64,000 bases of DNA from a virus (lineage: Duplodnaviria; Caudoviricetes), in the IMG/VR virus record IMGVR_UViG_3300025732_000016; one strand, given 5' to 3'. This document shows, one piece after another, positions 43,390 through 52,652 of this stretch (its first letter is position 1; every line of letters begins with the position of its first letter). The position numbers and the translations under genes are program-made. Under the pieces are notes generated by a model. The model did no database searches, was not told the DNA's origin, and was given only the letters and a program-made list of their open reading frames with translations.

Positions 43390-43878
43390 ATGGATCCGTT
43401 AGACACGACTGGCGAGCTCGTTGAACCGCCTCCCGCTGATGAAGCTGCCGCGCCTGTTGTCGAGGGATCCTCGACTGGTGCAAATCTCGTTGAAGTTGCT
43501 GATGCAAAATCGCAAACTATCGCGCTTGACAAGGATGGCGACAAGATTTACCCGAGCCTGTATGACACAGTCCCAACAACATTCGGGGCAATCGTTCTCG
43601 GCGGTCTCATCATCGGCGGCATTCAGTGGATAGTGAAGAAGATCTTCGAGCGTGAAAAGAAGGAGCACAAGGCTCTCACGCAGTTTGTCACTTCGATGTT
43701 TGCTTTCATCATTGGAGTTTGGATCGCTGACAAGATCATCGCGGGACCCACAGCTAACATTCTCGACCCAGCTGAGAGCAAGGAACTTCTCACCTTCATC
43801 AAGGACATCACGCTGATGGTGTTCGCATACTACTTCGGAACAAAAGCGAACGTTCCAAAGGATGACGTCGATGGATAA
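43390..43878 (+). CDS. Three-TM membrane protein, holin-like
   Basis: Three hydrophobic segments; C-terminal MVFAYYFGT. Confidence 0.5.
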   Translation: MDPLDTTGELVEPPPADEAAAPVVEGSSTGANLVEVADAKSQTIALDKDGDKIYPSLYDTVPTTFGAIVLGGLIIGGIQWIVKKIFEREKKEHKALTQFVTSMFAFIIGVWIADKIIAGPTANILDPAESKELLTFIKDITLMVFAYYFGTKANVPKDDVDG

Positions 43879-44356
43879 CGCAGCAGACATCATTAGCGCC
43901 GCAGGAGGCGGCAACATCTGGGCCGTGCTCGGTCTCGCTATCTCAGGCGCCCTCGGCAAGTACGCTTGGGACTTCTACAAGAAAAAGGCTGACCTCAACT
44001 TCAAGGAGAAGGACAACCTCCGCAAGGACAGCAAGGAAGAGCGTCTCCTCGACCGCAAGGAGAAGAACGAGTTCAAGGACGACCTGAAGGAGAGAGTGGC
44101 CGCTCTTGAAGTGAAGCTCGAGGCGGCATTGCAGGCGAAGGAGGACCTCCTCGAGCAGGTTGGAGAGCTGAAGGCGAAGCTCGCCAAGATCGAAACCAAG
44201 CTCGAGATCCTCCTCGCGGGCGGCAAGGTTGCGCCAGAGCCGCCCACAGACGAGAAGCCGAAACCCAGGGCAAAAGCGAAGGCCGCGCCTGCACCCACAC
44301 CAGCTCCAGAGCCGACGCCCGCTCCGAAGCGTGGCCGAGCCAAGAAGAATGGCTGA
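43871..44356 (+). CDS. Membrane-anchored coiled-coil protein
   Basis: TM WAVLGLAISGALG; long heptad region; Pro/Lys tail. Confidence 0.6.
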   Translation: MDNAADIISAAGGGNIWAVLGLAISGALGKYAWDFYKKKADLNFKEKDNLRKDSKEERLLDRKEKNEFKDDLKERVAALEVKLEAALQAKEDLLEQVGELKAKLAKIETKLEILLAGGKVAPEPPTDEKPKPRAKAKAAPAPTPAPEPTPAPKRGRAKKNG

Positions 44357-45026
44357 TCCTTGTTTCATCAAATCCGGTGAGATTGTCACAATAGACGACC
44401 CACGTTTAAGTGACACTGATTGCGTGATAGAGGCGGGCGTCATCATTCGTCCGCCCGCAGACGAGACAACAGTCAAGGAAGTCGAGAAACATGTTGAGGA
44501 GAAGACAGAGGTCAAGGAGATAAAGCACACTGTCAAGAAGAGGGTGGAACTACCCTTAGAACCAGAGCCTCCTCCCGCTGTAGTTGAGACTCCTCCAGTC
44601 AAGACTGTTGTTACAAATCCGACAACAGTCTCTACAGCAGCAACAGCGGTTCCTGCCCCTGCTCCAAAGGAAGAAATTTACTTTGGGATGTCACCTGAAA
44701 TGGCGACTGTTGCAGCAGTTGGCACAATCGCTGCAGTGGGTGGTGCGGTCGCAGCTTCAACGATGGGAGGTTTCAGTGCTGTTCAAGCAAAGCTCGCTTC
44801 GATCTTTGGTTCAAAAGCTGCTGCAACTGCTACAGCGGCGGTCGCAGTGACGGCGGGAACCATCGCCGCCGTGAAGGCCCTCGAGGGAAAGGTGGGCAAG
44901 TTCGAGGAGGACATGAAGAAGGCGAAGGAGGAGGTCGGTGGTGCAGCCTCTTCAATCGACCGGATCGATGCCCTACTGAGCCGGCTTGGCGGCGACAACG
45001 ACGACGAACTCGACCCTTCGGTTTAG
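44349..45026 (+). CDS. Membrane protein with Pro/Thr-rich linker and Ala-rich TM hairpin
   Basis: ATG 44349 overlaps the upstream gene; two Ala/Gly-rich hydrophobic segments. Confidence 0.55.
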   Translation: MADPCFIKSGEIVTIDDPRLSDTDCVIEAGVIIRPPADETTVKEVEKHVEEKTEVKEIKHTVKKRVELPLEPEPPPAVVETPPVKTVVTNPTTVSTAATAVPAPAPKEEIYFGMSPEMATVAAVGTIAAVGGAVAASTMGGFSAVQAKLASIFGSKAAATATAAVAVTAGTIAAVKALEGKVGKFEEDMKKAKEEVGGAASSIDRIDALLSRLGGDNDDELDPSV

Positions 45027-48000
45027 GGCCTGCCCCTCGGGAGTCCCGGAGGTGTCGAGCGGTGCCGTGTCTCCCTTACCCTCGATGGAGATGCGCCCCG
45101 CATCGACACCCTTGCCGATGAGGTAGTCAGCAGCGACCTTCGCTCTTTCCCGTGAGAGTTCCTCAGGGTGCTTGAACTCCATTTCCGAGGAGTCCGCGTA
45201 TCCGACGACCTTCACGCCGTATCCCGGTCGAAGATTAAGGACCGTCCAGACACCGTCGAGTGTCGCCCGGGCCTTAGTGTTGAGCTTCGTGTCGCCTGGA
45301 AGGAAACCGATTCCGACCTCCTGCTTCGGAGGTAAGGTGACATCAGGCTTCGCCGGGACTACTATCACGATGGGCTGGAGCGGTTCTTCCTGAACCTTAC
45401 ACTCACATGCGGTCTGGGGCGAAACTTCGGGAGTAGCGTCTTCCTCTTCCTCATCTGAGGGACCGAAAGTAATCTGCATTGTTGCCTGCCAATCTCCATC
45501 GCCAGGTTGACGAATGACACCCTTGCTCAGTGCACCGCCAATCGAGAAGTTGCCGACAGTCCACTCCAGTGAAGACCCTATGAAGAGAGATGAGACAGGC
45601 GACTCTCCAAGGTTGTGAAACGCCTGCGAGTCTACTCCAATCGTGAAGTCGCCGACTGAATAAGATCCTGCCGCCGTGATGTAGGGCCCGGATCCAAGCT
45701 CGTATCCTTCGAGATCGACCTTCGGGTAGACCATGAAACCAGCCCCGAGGAGCCCCCCGACGTTACCGAACTGGGCCTCGGCTCCTGCTTCGAGTGTCGT
45801 TGCCCACCCAGGATGTGAGACACCGAGTCCTACTCCGGTGGGAGCAACCAACGACACATCGCCGTAGGCTCCCAGGCCATCGACACTGAAGGCTTTCGAG
45901 TTCACGCGGAGACCGCCCCAGACATCACCGAGGCGAACTACTCCATCGTTAGCGATGGATGCTGGCACGCCGAAGTCGACAGAGAAGTGCTCGAAAGTGT
46001 AACGATTGGTCGTCCAGCCCCAGTAGACGTCATCGATGACCACGACCTCGTCACCCTGCGGGTTGATGTAGGAGAGGGGATCGGTGACCACACCACCGAC
46101 GATGGCAGTCTCATCTCCGAGGAACCTCGACTCACCCCTCGGTGGGAGGGGCACCACACTCATCTCGGGGACCTCACCCCCAGAAGCTCCCATCAGGAGC
46201 GGGAATCCGAGGAGGAAAGAGAAGAGGCCCCTCCGCCTTGAGGCGAGCACCGCGCCGAGGGTCATGAGAATGAGGCTTCCGCTTCCACCGCCGCCGGTCG
46301 TGGAGCAACCGCCGCCCGGGACATATGACCCCTTCGGAGCGGGATTCTCGTCCGTGTCATCGACCGGTGGGGCGCCAGTCTCGTCGGCACTATCAACGGC
46401 TGAATCGGAACCGGTATCGATCGAGGTATCGTGGCCACTGTCGCCCGTGTCGATCACCACACCGCTGTCACCAGAATCTCCTGTATCGATTGGCCTGTCA
46501 TCGACAGGATCACATGCATCACCGACTCCGTCTCCATCAACGTCGGACTGGTCATTGGAGAGACCTGGACAGTTGTCGGTCACATCGTCAGCCCCGTCTC
46601 CGTCGGCGTCTGGATCGCAGATATCACCAAGACCGTCTCCGTCGATGTCTGCTTGGTCGGAGTTGAAGGCATCCGAGCAGTTGTCAGATAGACCGCAGAG
46701 CCCGTCCTCATCAGCGTCGTTTGTCGCATCATCCGGACAGGCATCGACATCACCACAGATTCCGTCGGCATCGATGTCGTTGTCAGCATCGAACTCGCAT
46801 GGATCGGTGTCGGCACATGCTCCGTCACCATCGACATCGTCGCTTGGATCGAGCGGGCAGACGTCCAGTGATTCACAGGCTCCGTCGCCGTCCCGATCAT
46901 CGAGGGAGTCATTGGGGCAGATGTCCTCGTCACCGCAGGTCCCGTCACCGTCGATGTCGTTCAGCTCATCGAGCGGGCAGGTGTCACAGTCATCTGAGAG
47001 GCCGTCCTCGTCCGAATCTACCGTGTCATCAGCGCCCGGGCAGATATCTGCAGAATCGCAGGATCCGTCACCGTCGGAATCATCGGCTGAGTCCGCCGGG
47101 CAGGCATCGCAACCATTCGGGATGCCATCACTGTCAGTATCGAGTGTGTCATCAGCGCCCGGGCAGATATCGTCGGAGTCGCATGAACCATCCGCATCAC
47201 TGTCACCGAGTGCATCGAATGGGCAGGTGTCGCAACCGTCGGGGGTGTAGTCACCATCAGTGTCGATGCGGTCATCTGAGCCGGGGCAGATGTCGTTCTC
47301 AGCACAGACGCCATCGGAATCGGAGTCATTGTCTGCGTCATACTTGCAGGCATCGCAACCATTCGGGATGCCATCTGAGTCGGAATCCACCAGGTCACTG
47401 TAGCCCTCGCAGACATCCACATCTCCGCAGACTCCGTCACCGTCAGCGTCATCGTATGGGTCTGACGGGCAAGAGTCGCAGCCATCTGGCGTGTAATCAG
47501 CGTCCGCATCAGCGAGGTCATCGTATCCTTCGCAGGCATCAACATCACCGCAGACACCGTCGGCATCTGCGTCGTCATACGGATCGGATGGGCAGGAATC
47601 GGAGGAGTCTGGGATTCCGTCGCCGTCCGCATCCGGTTCAACAGGGGCTTCGGCGCAGTCCGTTGCAGCGGAGACCGCAGTCTCGTCAAGGGTGTAGATG
47701 ACCCTGAATGTCTCGGACTGCCCAGGAGCCATATCACCGAGGCTCACCGCAAGCGAGATCGCCGCATCATCGGAGACCGAAGATCCCACTGTGGAGTAGA
47801 ATCCTGAGCCGTTCCAGATGTCCGAGGCATCGGTGTTGAAGAACCCACCATGGGTGACCCTTGCACGACTGTCGGAGGCGATGAGGTAGAGATCCGCGCC
47901 ATCTCCCCCGGTCGCCCTAACTGAGGCAAGATCGGTGGATGAGTCAGGTTGCGAGATGATGGTGTTCGTGGTCGAGTAGTCGTATGTCGTCATCACAGAG

Positions 48001-48554
48001 TTGTCAGGATCGACGTTCCTGAACCAGTAGACGTCCGACAGGGTCGATGAGCCGTTGTTGGTGAGGGTGACAGTCATCACGACGTAGACCTCGTCATTGA
48101 CGACACCGTACTGGGTCTCTACCCCGAGGTCTCCCACCGCGCCGGTCCATGTCACCGCACCGCCGAGGTTTCCGCAGATATCGACCTCACATGCGGGGTC
48201 TCCGAGGGAGCCTGCGATGCCATTCGTCCAGCCGTTTGTGTTGTCGTATGCGACCCCGTTGAACTCAACGCCCCAGCCCTCGAGAGGAGAGCCGGGTGAG
48301 AAGAAGTCACCGTAGTAGCTCGACCAGCCGTTCCGCTGCGGGTTCGCCACGAAACCGAGTTGGCCTGTGTTCGACCGGTAGTGCCATCCAGAAGGGTAAC
48401 CGCCCTCTCCGAAAGCGCCCTCGGAGCCGATGCCGAACTCAACGTATTCGTTACGAATAAAAGCTGATGAACCAGGATCATTGACTTCACAAAAACCTGA
48501 TGCCTGGGCCAGCGTTGGCGTGAGGAACAAAAGTGATAGAAGTATTTTACGCAT
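44973..48554 (-). CDS. Large surface protein: signal peptide + globular domain + TSP3-like Cys/Asp repeats + internal MYXO-CTERM-like motif + beta-barrel-like region + OmpA C-terminal domain
   Basis: Many DxDxDGxxDxxDxCP repeats; GGGCSTTGGGGSGSLILMTLGAVLASRRR; OmpA motifs VVGYADS, LSRERAKVA and NRRVEF. Confidence 0.8.
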   Translation of the reverse strand: MRKILLSLLFLTPTLAQASGFCEVNDPGSSAFIRNEYVEFGIGSEGAFGEGGYPSGWHYRSNTGQLGFVANPQRNGWSSYYGDFFSPGSPLEGWGVEFNGVAYDNTNGWTNGIAGSLGDPACEVDICGNLGGAVTWTGAVGDLGVETQYGVVNDEVYVVMTVTLTNNGSSTLSDVYWFRNVDPDNSVMTTYDYSTTNTIISQPDSSTDLASVRATGGDGADLYLIASDSRARVTHGGFFNTDASDIWNGSGFYSTVGSSVSDDAAISLAVSLGDMAPGQSETFRVIYTLDETAVSAATDCAEAPVEPDADGDGIPDSSDSCPSDPYDDADADGVCGDVDACEGYDDLADADADYTPDGCDSCPSDPYDDADGDGVCGDVDVCEGYSDLVDSDSDGIPNGCDACKYDADNDSDSDGVCAENDICPGSDDRIDTDGDYTPDGCDTCPFDALGDSDADGSCDSDDICPGADDTLDTDSDGIPNGCDACPADSADDSDGDGSCDSADICPGADDTVDSDEDGLSDDCDTCPLDELNDIDGDGTCGDEDICPNDSLDDRDGDGACESLDVCPLDPSDDVDGDGACADTDPCEFDADNDIDADGICGDVDACPDDATNDADEDGLCGLSDNCSDAFNSDQADIDGDGLGDICDPDADGDGADDVTDNCPGLSNDQSDVDGDGVGDACDPVDDRPIDTGDSGDSGVVIDTGDSGHDTSIDTGSDSAVDSADETGAPPVDDTDENPAPKGSYVPGGGCSTTGGGGSGSLILMTLGAVLASRRRGLFSFLLGFPLLMGASGGEVPEMSVVPLPPRGESRFLGDETAIVGGVVTDPLSYINPQGDEVVVIDDVYWGWTTNRYTFEHFSVDFGVPASIANDGVVRLGDVWGGLRVNSKAFSVDGLGAYGDVSLVAPTGVGLGVSHPGWATTLEAGAEAQFGNVGGLLGAGFMVYPKVDLEGYELGSGPYITAAGSYSVGDFTIGVDSQAFHNLGESPVSSLFIGSSLEWTVGNFSIGGALSKGVIRQPGDGDWQATMQITFGPSDEEEEDATPEVSPQTACECKVQEEPLQPIVIVVPAKPDVTLPPKQEVGIGFLPGDTKLNTKARATLDGVWTVLNLRPGYGVKVVGYADSSEMEFKHPEELSRERAKVAADYLIGKGVDAGRISIEGKGDTAPLDTSGTPEGQALNRRVEFVVVVAAKPAQ

Positions 48555-48600
48555 ACCTCTATCTATGTTATTCGCGCGTAGAGACTGACGAAAATTCAGA

Positions 48601-48891
48601 TTAAGAGCTGACGGCCTCGACAAAGCGAGAGTCTACCAGAAGACGACCTGCCTCTGACATGCACCAGTAGTACACTCGATTCTCTATCTTGTTCTCAGTG
48701 AGGGTCACCGCGGGCGACTCGACTCTCTCTACGACGAGAGCATTGATGTTTGCGACAATCTTCTTCTTACCCTTCAACTTGAGAGTTCCCTCCCTGGTGT
48801 TCTCTACGCTTGACCAGCCGTAGGGAGGTTCAATGCCTTCACAGTCCCAGGGCACGATGCGCACAATGTCACCATTCTCAAACTTACTCAC
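48601..48891 (-). CDS. Hypothetical SH3-like protein
   Basis: FENGDIVRI; GTGA/ATGA coupling. Confidence 0.55.
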   Translation of the reverse strand: MSKFENGDIVRIVPWDCEGIEPPYGWSSVENTREGTLKLKGKKKIVANINALVVERVESPAVTLTENKIENRVYYWCMSEAGRLLVDSRFVEAVSS

Positions 48892-49121
48892 TCTACCTCC
48901 AGTTTCTTCACCCAGCCCGGCCAGAGATTCACTCTCTCTTCACGACAGATGACAGTGATGTTGGGCTCTGGCTCTTTGATCATGTCCTCGCTCGAATCTT
49001 CAATAACATCTAGAGCTACTACAAGAGCATTGTGGCCCTTGCAGAATCGAGGACCGTTCTCTATGGAGACTAAGTCGCCGACTTTGATCCCATAGAAGAA
49101 GTCCTTCACTTTCGCTTCCAA
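48888..49121 (-). CDS. Hypothetical SH3-like protein
   Basis: IKVGDLVSI. Confidence 0.55.
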   Translation of the reverse strand: MEAKVKDFFYGIKVGDLVSIENGPRFCKGHNALVVALDVIEDSSEDMIKEPEPNITVICREERVNLWPGWVKKLEVE

Positions 49122-49157
49122 ATCCTCTCAAGGATTCGCAGAAGCTCAAACGAGATC

Positions 49158-49370
49158 CTACCGAACATCTTCCTTCCTCCACTTTCCGTTTCCCTCACTA
49201 CAGAAGCACGAGTGCTCGAGGTTGTAGAGGGGAGTGATGGACTCTTCAGGATAGCAGGCGCTCTTGCAGTTTTTCTCAAACTCCCACGTCAAGGATCCCC
49301 ACGCGATGACACTCATGAGAGCTGCAAACATGAAGAACCAAGTCACAAGGTTCTCTTCCCACTGACTCAT
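49158..49370 (-). CDS. Small membrane protein with Cys-rich tail
   Basis: TM segment then CKSAC...CFC. Confidence 0.5.
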   Translation of the reverse strand: MSQWEENLVTWFFMFAALMSVIAWGSLTWEFEKNCKSACYPEESITPLYNLEHSCFCSEGNGKWRKEDVR

Positions 49371-50521
49371 CAGAAATCCTCTCGGTTGAAATTGTAATTG
49401 CCCAGTCCACCGTTCTTCCGGACCTCCGTGAAGACGACCTCGAACTCAGTGTCGTAGTCCTGCACTCGGAAGACGTAGGTGCCGGTGTTGGGGTCGACCT
49501 GGAAGAGGTGCTCCTGGCGGATCTCGAGGTACATCCGGTCATCGGTCTCTGCCCACTCGTCACCGTCGTCATCAGTGACCTTCTTGGCGAGGCCCTCCTC
49601 CTCGAGCCGGAGGCTGACGTTGTTGTCATAGCGCTCGTTGGAGATCATGTAGATGGGAGAGACGTCATACCTCGTGTTGAGGGGCTTCCACTTACGGCCC
49701 TTCTGCTTCGGGGTGGTGACTGTCGGGACCCAGAAGACTCCGCCGTTGCCGCCGGCCGGCTTCACGTTGAGGACCTCGATGGCATCGTCGAACTCGCCGC
49801 CGTATCGATTGAGCTCATCCACGAGGACCTGGAGCATGTCGAAGTTGAAGTCATCACAGAGTGCCGAGAGCGTGGTGATCTTCTCCAGGTATTTCCCGCA
49901 GTCCTGAAGCTTGTCCTCGCAGTACTCACGGATGAACTCCGTGTCGAGTCGATCGTAGGAGATGGCGTACCGGAGTCGACTGGGGCGGTTGTGGAAGAAG
50001 CCCTTCACCTTGTATCGGTCATTGCAGGTGATGACCATCACCTTGTTCTGGGCGGTGTAGACGCCGTCGAAGAGGGTGAGGATGGACTCCTGGGCGTCCT
50101 CGTCGTAGAGCTTCTCGAACTCGTCGAAGATGACCACGGCCGGCTGCTCGATCCCCTGTATCGTCCGCATGAACCGCTCGTCGGAGAACGGGGTGTTGAC
50201 GATGATGGTGGGGAGTCCGGAAGTGACGGAGATGTACTTCGCCAGGAGGGTCTTGCCGGAGCCCTTCAACCCACTGAGGAAGACACCGATCTGGGTCCCG
50301 GGCTGGCGGTCGGAGAAGGTGTCGAGGATGCGATTGCCGTAGCGCTCCGTCTTTCCATAGAGCTTCTTGGGAAGGATAAAAGCCTCGCTCTCCTCGAGGT
50401 AGTACTCACCGGTGAGGGGATGCTTGCACACCGTGAAGTTTCCGGGTGGAAGCTGGTCTCGGACGTCCATTCGGGAATCGGGGGCGAGGGACCAGATGTT
50501 ACCGGACCTGTGGAACTTCAT
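49370..50521 (-). CDS. AAA+ ATPase
   Basis: GLKGSGKT, IFDEFEK, ITCN and NRPSR; ATG 50521 after GGAG. Confidence 0.85.
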   Translation of the reverse strand: MKFHRSGNIWSLAPDSRMDVRDQLPPGNFTVCKHPLTGEYYLEESEAFILPKKLYGKTERYGNRILDTFSDRQPGTQIGVFLSGLKGSGKTLLAKYISVTSGLPTIIVNTPFSDERFMRTIQGIEQPAVVIFDEFEKLYDEDAQESILTLFDGVYTAQNKVMVITCNDRYKVKGFFHNRPSRLRYAISYDRLDTEFIREYCEDKLQDCGKYLEKITTLSALCDDFNFDMLQVLVDELNRYGGEFDDAIEVLNVKPAGGNGGVFWVPTVTTPKQKGRKWKPLNTRYDVSPIYMISNERYDNNVSLRLEEEGLAKKVTDDDGDEWAETDDRMYLEIRQEHLFQVDPNTGTYVFRVQDYDTEFEVVFTEVRKNGGLGNYNFNREDF

Positions 50522-50540
50522 TGTATCTCCAGTGTTGATT

Positions 50541-50768
50541 CTATTGGGAGTCTTCGGGTTGTTCAAGCGGGACGAGAGTGTAGTAAGACGTGTTAAGGAG
50601 AATCCTGGACTCCCCGTCCCACACCTCGAAGTGCCAGTGATTGCTGCCGGTGACTTGATCACCGGGTGGGCACACCTTCAGGAGGACGCAGCAGATGTCT
50701 CTCTCTGAGCCCCAGTTGTCGATTGCTCGATACGTGTGTCCGACAGGGAGCTCACTCTGAGACGGCAT
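50541..50768 (-). CDS. Hypothetical small beta protein
   Basis: MPSQSELPVGHTY...HWHFEVWD. Confidence 0.45.
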   Translation of the reverse strand: MPSQSELPVGHTYRAIDNWGSERDICCVLLKVCPPGDQVTGSNHWHFEVWDGESRILLNTSYYTLVPLEQPEDSQ

Positions 50769-50994
50769 CAATAGCCTCCAAGTCAGGCGCGTACACGAAG
50801 CCCTTGAGTCCATCCCAGAGGACCTCGACCCAATGATTCTTTGTCGCGTTTGAGAGTGTTCCTGTCCAGACACTGACGACGAGCACGTTGGTGCGGGCAG
50901 GAACGTAGAAGACATCATTACGATGCGGATCCATCGAATCAAACTCGGTCTCGACCCTCGTCCGCATGATGGTGCCCGGGACAATGATTCTCAT
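50752..50994 (-). CDS. Hypothetical SH3-like protein
   Basis: IVPGTIMR...WVEVLWDGLKGFVY. Confidence 0.55.
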   Translation of the reverse strand: MRIIVPGTIMRTRVETEFDSMDPHRNDVFYVPARTNVLVVSVWTGTLSNATKNHWVEVLWDGLKGFVYAPDLEAIDAVSE

Positions 50995-51010
50995 ATTCCC
51001 AGCTGGACCC

Positions 51011-51298
51011 TTATTGTTGCGAAGAGGATGTAGAAGAACCCGATGAGAGCTGCTTTGACAAGGGTGTCGACAATGAGGAATGCGCATCCAGGATTTGCGT
51101 CAGCCCCTCGATCACGTCCCTCCTCATCTCTTCCATCTGTCCGCCCCTGAACTTCACTGTCCATTTTCCGTCTCCGTTTTCCCAAAGGACGATGAAGTAC
51201 TCGAAACCCGGGTTGGGAGCGGTCAGTCGAAAGTACTTCTCACTCCACACTCGCAGTTGACCCTCTTGGACTGCCAACGTGGTCGAGGTTCTTCTCAT
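51011..51298 (-). CDS. Hypothetical protein
   Basis: EGQLRVW...YFIVL...WTVKF beta pattern. Confidence 0.4.
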   Translation of the reverse strand: MRRTSTTLAVQEGQLRVWSEKYFRLTAPNPGFEYFIVLWENGDGKWTVKFRGGQMEEMRRDVIEGLTQILDAHSSLSTPLSKQLSSGSSTSSSQQ

Positions 51299-51560
51299 CT
51301 ACTGCGATCTCCCTGCCGTCCTGGAAGACGATCCAGCACTTCGATATCCATTTCTCAGTGTACTTCATCGAATCAGACTTTACAAGCAGGAGCACGTGCG
51401 AGCCGACCTCGATCTCGATTCTCTCCCACACGGGAGATCCGAGAAAGGGCGGATCCTGCTGCCAGATGTGGGCGACCACGTGAGTACCAGGAAGGGCGCG
51501 ACCATCGTAGAGGTGATCACGACACACGACCACGGCGAGATCGCCCGGCCGCAGCTCACC
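51240..51560 (-). CDS. Hypothetical SH3-like protein (start uncertain)
   Basis: LRPGDLAVV...CWIVFQDG. Confidence 0.4.
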   Translation of the reverse strand, partial: GELRPGDLAVVVCRDHLYDGRALPGTHVVAHIWQQDPPFLGSPVWERIEIEVGSHVLLLVKSDSMKYTEKWISKCWIVFQDGREIAVDEKNLDHVGSPRGSTASVE

Positions 51561-51981
51561 ACTCTTCGCCGAGTCCAACCCAGTCCCTGTACTTTTCCTC
51601 ACCACCGCGGGTCTTCCAGTCAGAGTCGATGGTAAGCTTTGAGCTGATGCCGCCGCGTGGGTTGAAGACCATGACGATACGTAGGCGATTGGGCTCGTAT
51701 ACCGCCATGAGGTCATCGTAGATGACATTCGCGAGGCGCTCGTATGAGATGATCTTGTTCCTGAACTGGTGGAGGTAGAACTTGAAGGACTTGAGCTCCA
51801 CGACTTTCTCGTGTGGATAGATCGTCACGAAGAGGTCGGCAAAGTCTGGCTGGTCCTTCACTCCGATGAAGGTCACCTCGGGTGACTTGATCTTGATCTC
51901 GTAGTCCCGGTCAGTCGGATTGGGAATCGACTTCAGGATCGTCGGGTCGCTCCACACTTTCATACGTTCTCCACTACTCAT
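51556..51981 (-). CDS. queF: QueF-like T-fold protein lacking the catalytic Cys
   Basis: QPDF, VELKSFKFYL, SYE and FNPRGGI; no Cys in the 141-aa sequence. Confidence 0.75.
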   Translation of the reverse strand: MSSGERMKVWSDPTILKSIPNPTDRDYEIKIKSPEVTFIGVKDQPDFADLFVTIYPHEKVVELKSFKFYLHQFRNKIISYERLANVIYDDLMAVYEPNRLRIVMVFNPRGGISSKLTIDSDWKTRGGEEKYRDWVGLGEEW

Positions 51982-52228
51982 GACTTTCTGATTTCACGGA
52001 AGAGTGTATACTCGCCAAGATTCGCGCCTCCTCTTCATCGACGAAGTATGCCACGGGCGCCCTCACGATGCTTCCGAAAGGGGCCAAGAAATCACCGAAA
52101 GACCTCTCCCAGGCGTCTTCAAATCCTCCCAGGTAGACCCATGTCTCACCCTCGACAATTCTCCAGTCACAGGTCTCATCTTCCCATGTTCGACGACTGA
52201 CGAGGTCACCCTCTTTGAATCTATTCAT
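51974..52228 (-). CDS. Hypothetical SH3-like protein
   Basis: FKEGDLVSRR. Confidence 0.5.
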   Translation of the reverse strand: MNRFKEGDLVSRRTWEDETCDWRIVEGETWVYLGGFEDAWERSFGDFLAPFGSIVRAPVAYFVDEEEARILASIHSSVKSESHE

Positions 52229-52469
52229 GGATCGTCTCTATCTCGTCTGGAAAGAGCCAGCCCACTCCGTATTCGCATGATATGAGAGGGACCGGGTCCA
52301 ACTTGTCCCAGGGTCGTTGCCACTCACCGATGATGACGGCATGCGCACCGATAGGAATCAAGATCTCTTCTTCCCTGTCGTCCATGAAGCCGAGTGTGAC
52401 CCTGTCACCGCCCAAGTGACTGCATTTCACCTCGACAAGAGTCCCGGGTTTAGGGTTCCTTGACTTCAT
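52221..52469 (-). CDS. Hypothetical SH3-like protein
   Basis: PKPGTLVEV...GVGWLF. Confidence 0.5.
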   Translation of the reverse strand: MKSRNPKPGTLVEVKCSHLGGDRVTLGFMDDREEEILIPIGAHAVIIGEWQRPWDKLDPVPLISCEYGVGWLFPDEIETIHE

Positions 52470-52644
52470 GGAGCTCCCACGCTTGCCATCCATATGAGAT
52501 CCGCTGTGTTTCTGGGTTGAAAATGTCATGGTCGCTGCGTCCCCGCCAGCCCGATTCAGACTTGATGACAATTGCGTACGCCATTTTGCTCGCTGATTCT
52601 CGGTACTGTACCAGAGAGCCCACTGGGTGGAGCCTTTCTTCCAT
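52450..52644 (-). CDS. Hypothetical SH3-like protein
   Basis: HPVGSLVQY...YAIVI. Confidence 0.5.
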   Translation of the reverse strand: MEERLHPVGSLVQYRESASKMAYAIVIKSESGWRGRSDHDIFNPETQRISYGWQAWELHEVKEP

Positions 52645-52652
52645 GTCTTACT

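Noticed and set aside
46300-47650. Tandem DNA repeats as a separate repeat element
   Set aside because: They are the coding TSP3-like DxDxDG..C repeats of the OmpA-domain protein.
50991-51185. Membrane-peptide ORF overlapping 51011-51298
   Set aside because: Only the last ~30 codons look hydrophobic, there is no convincing start or RBS, and it overlaps another ORF.
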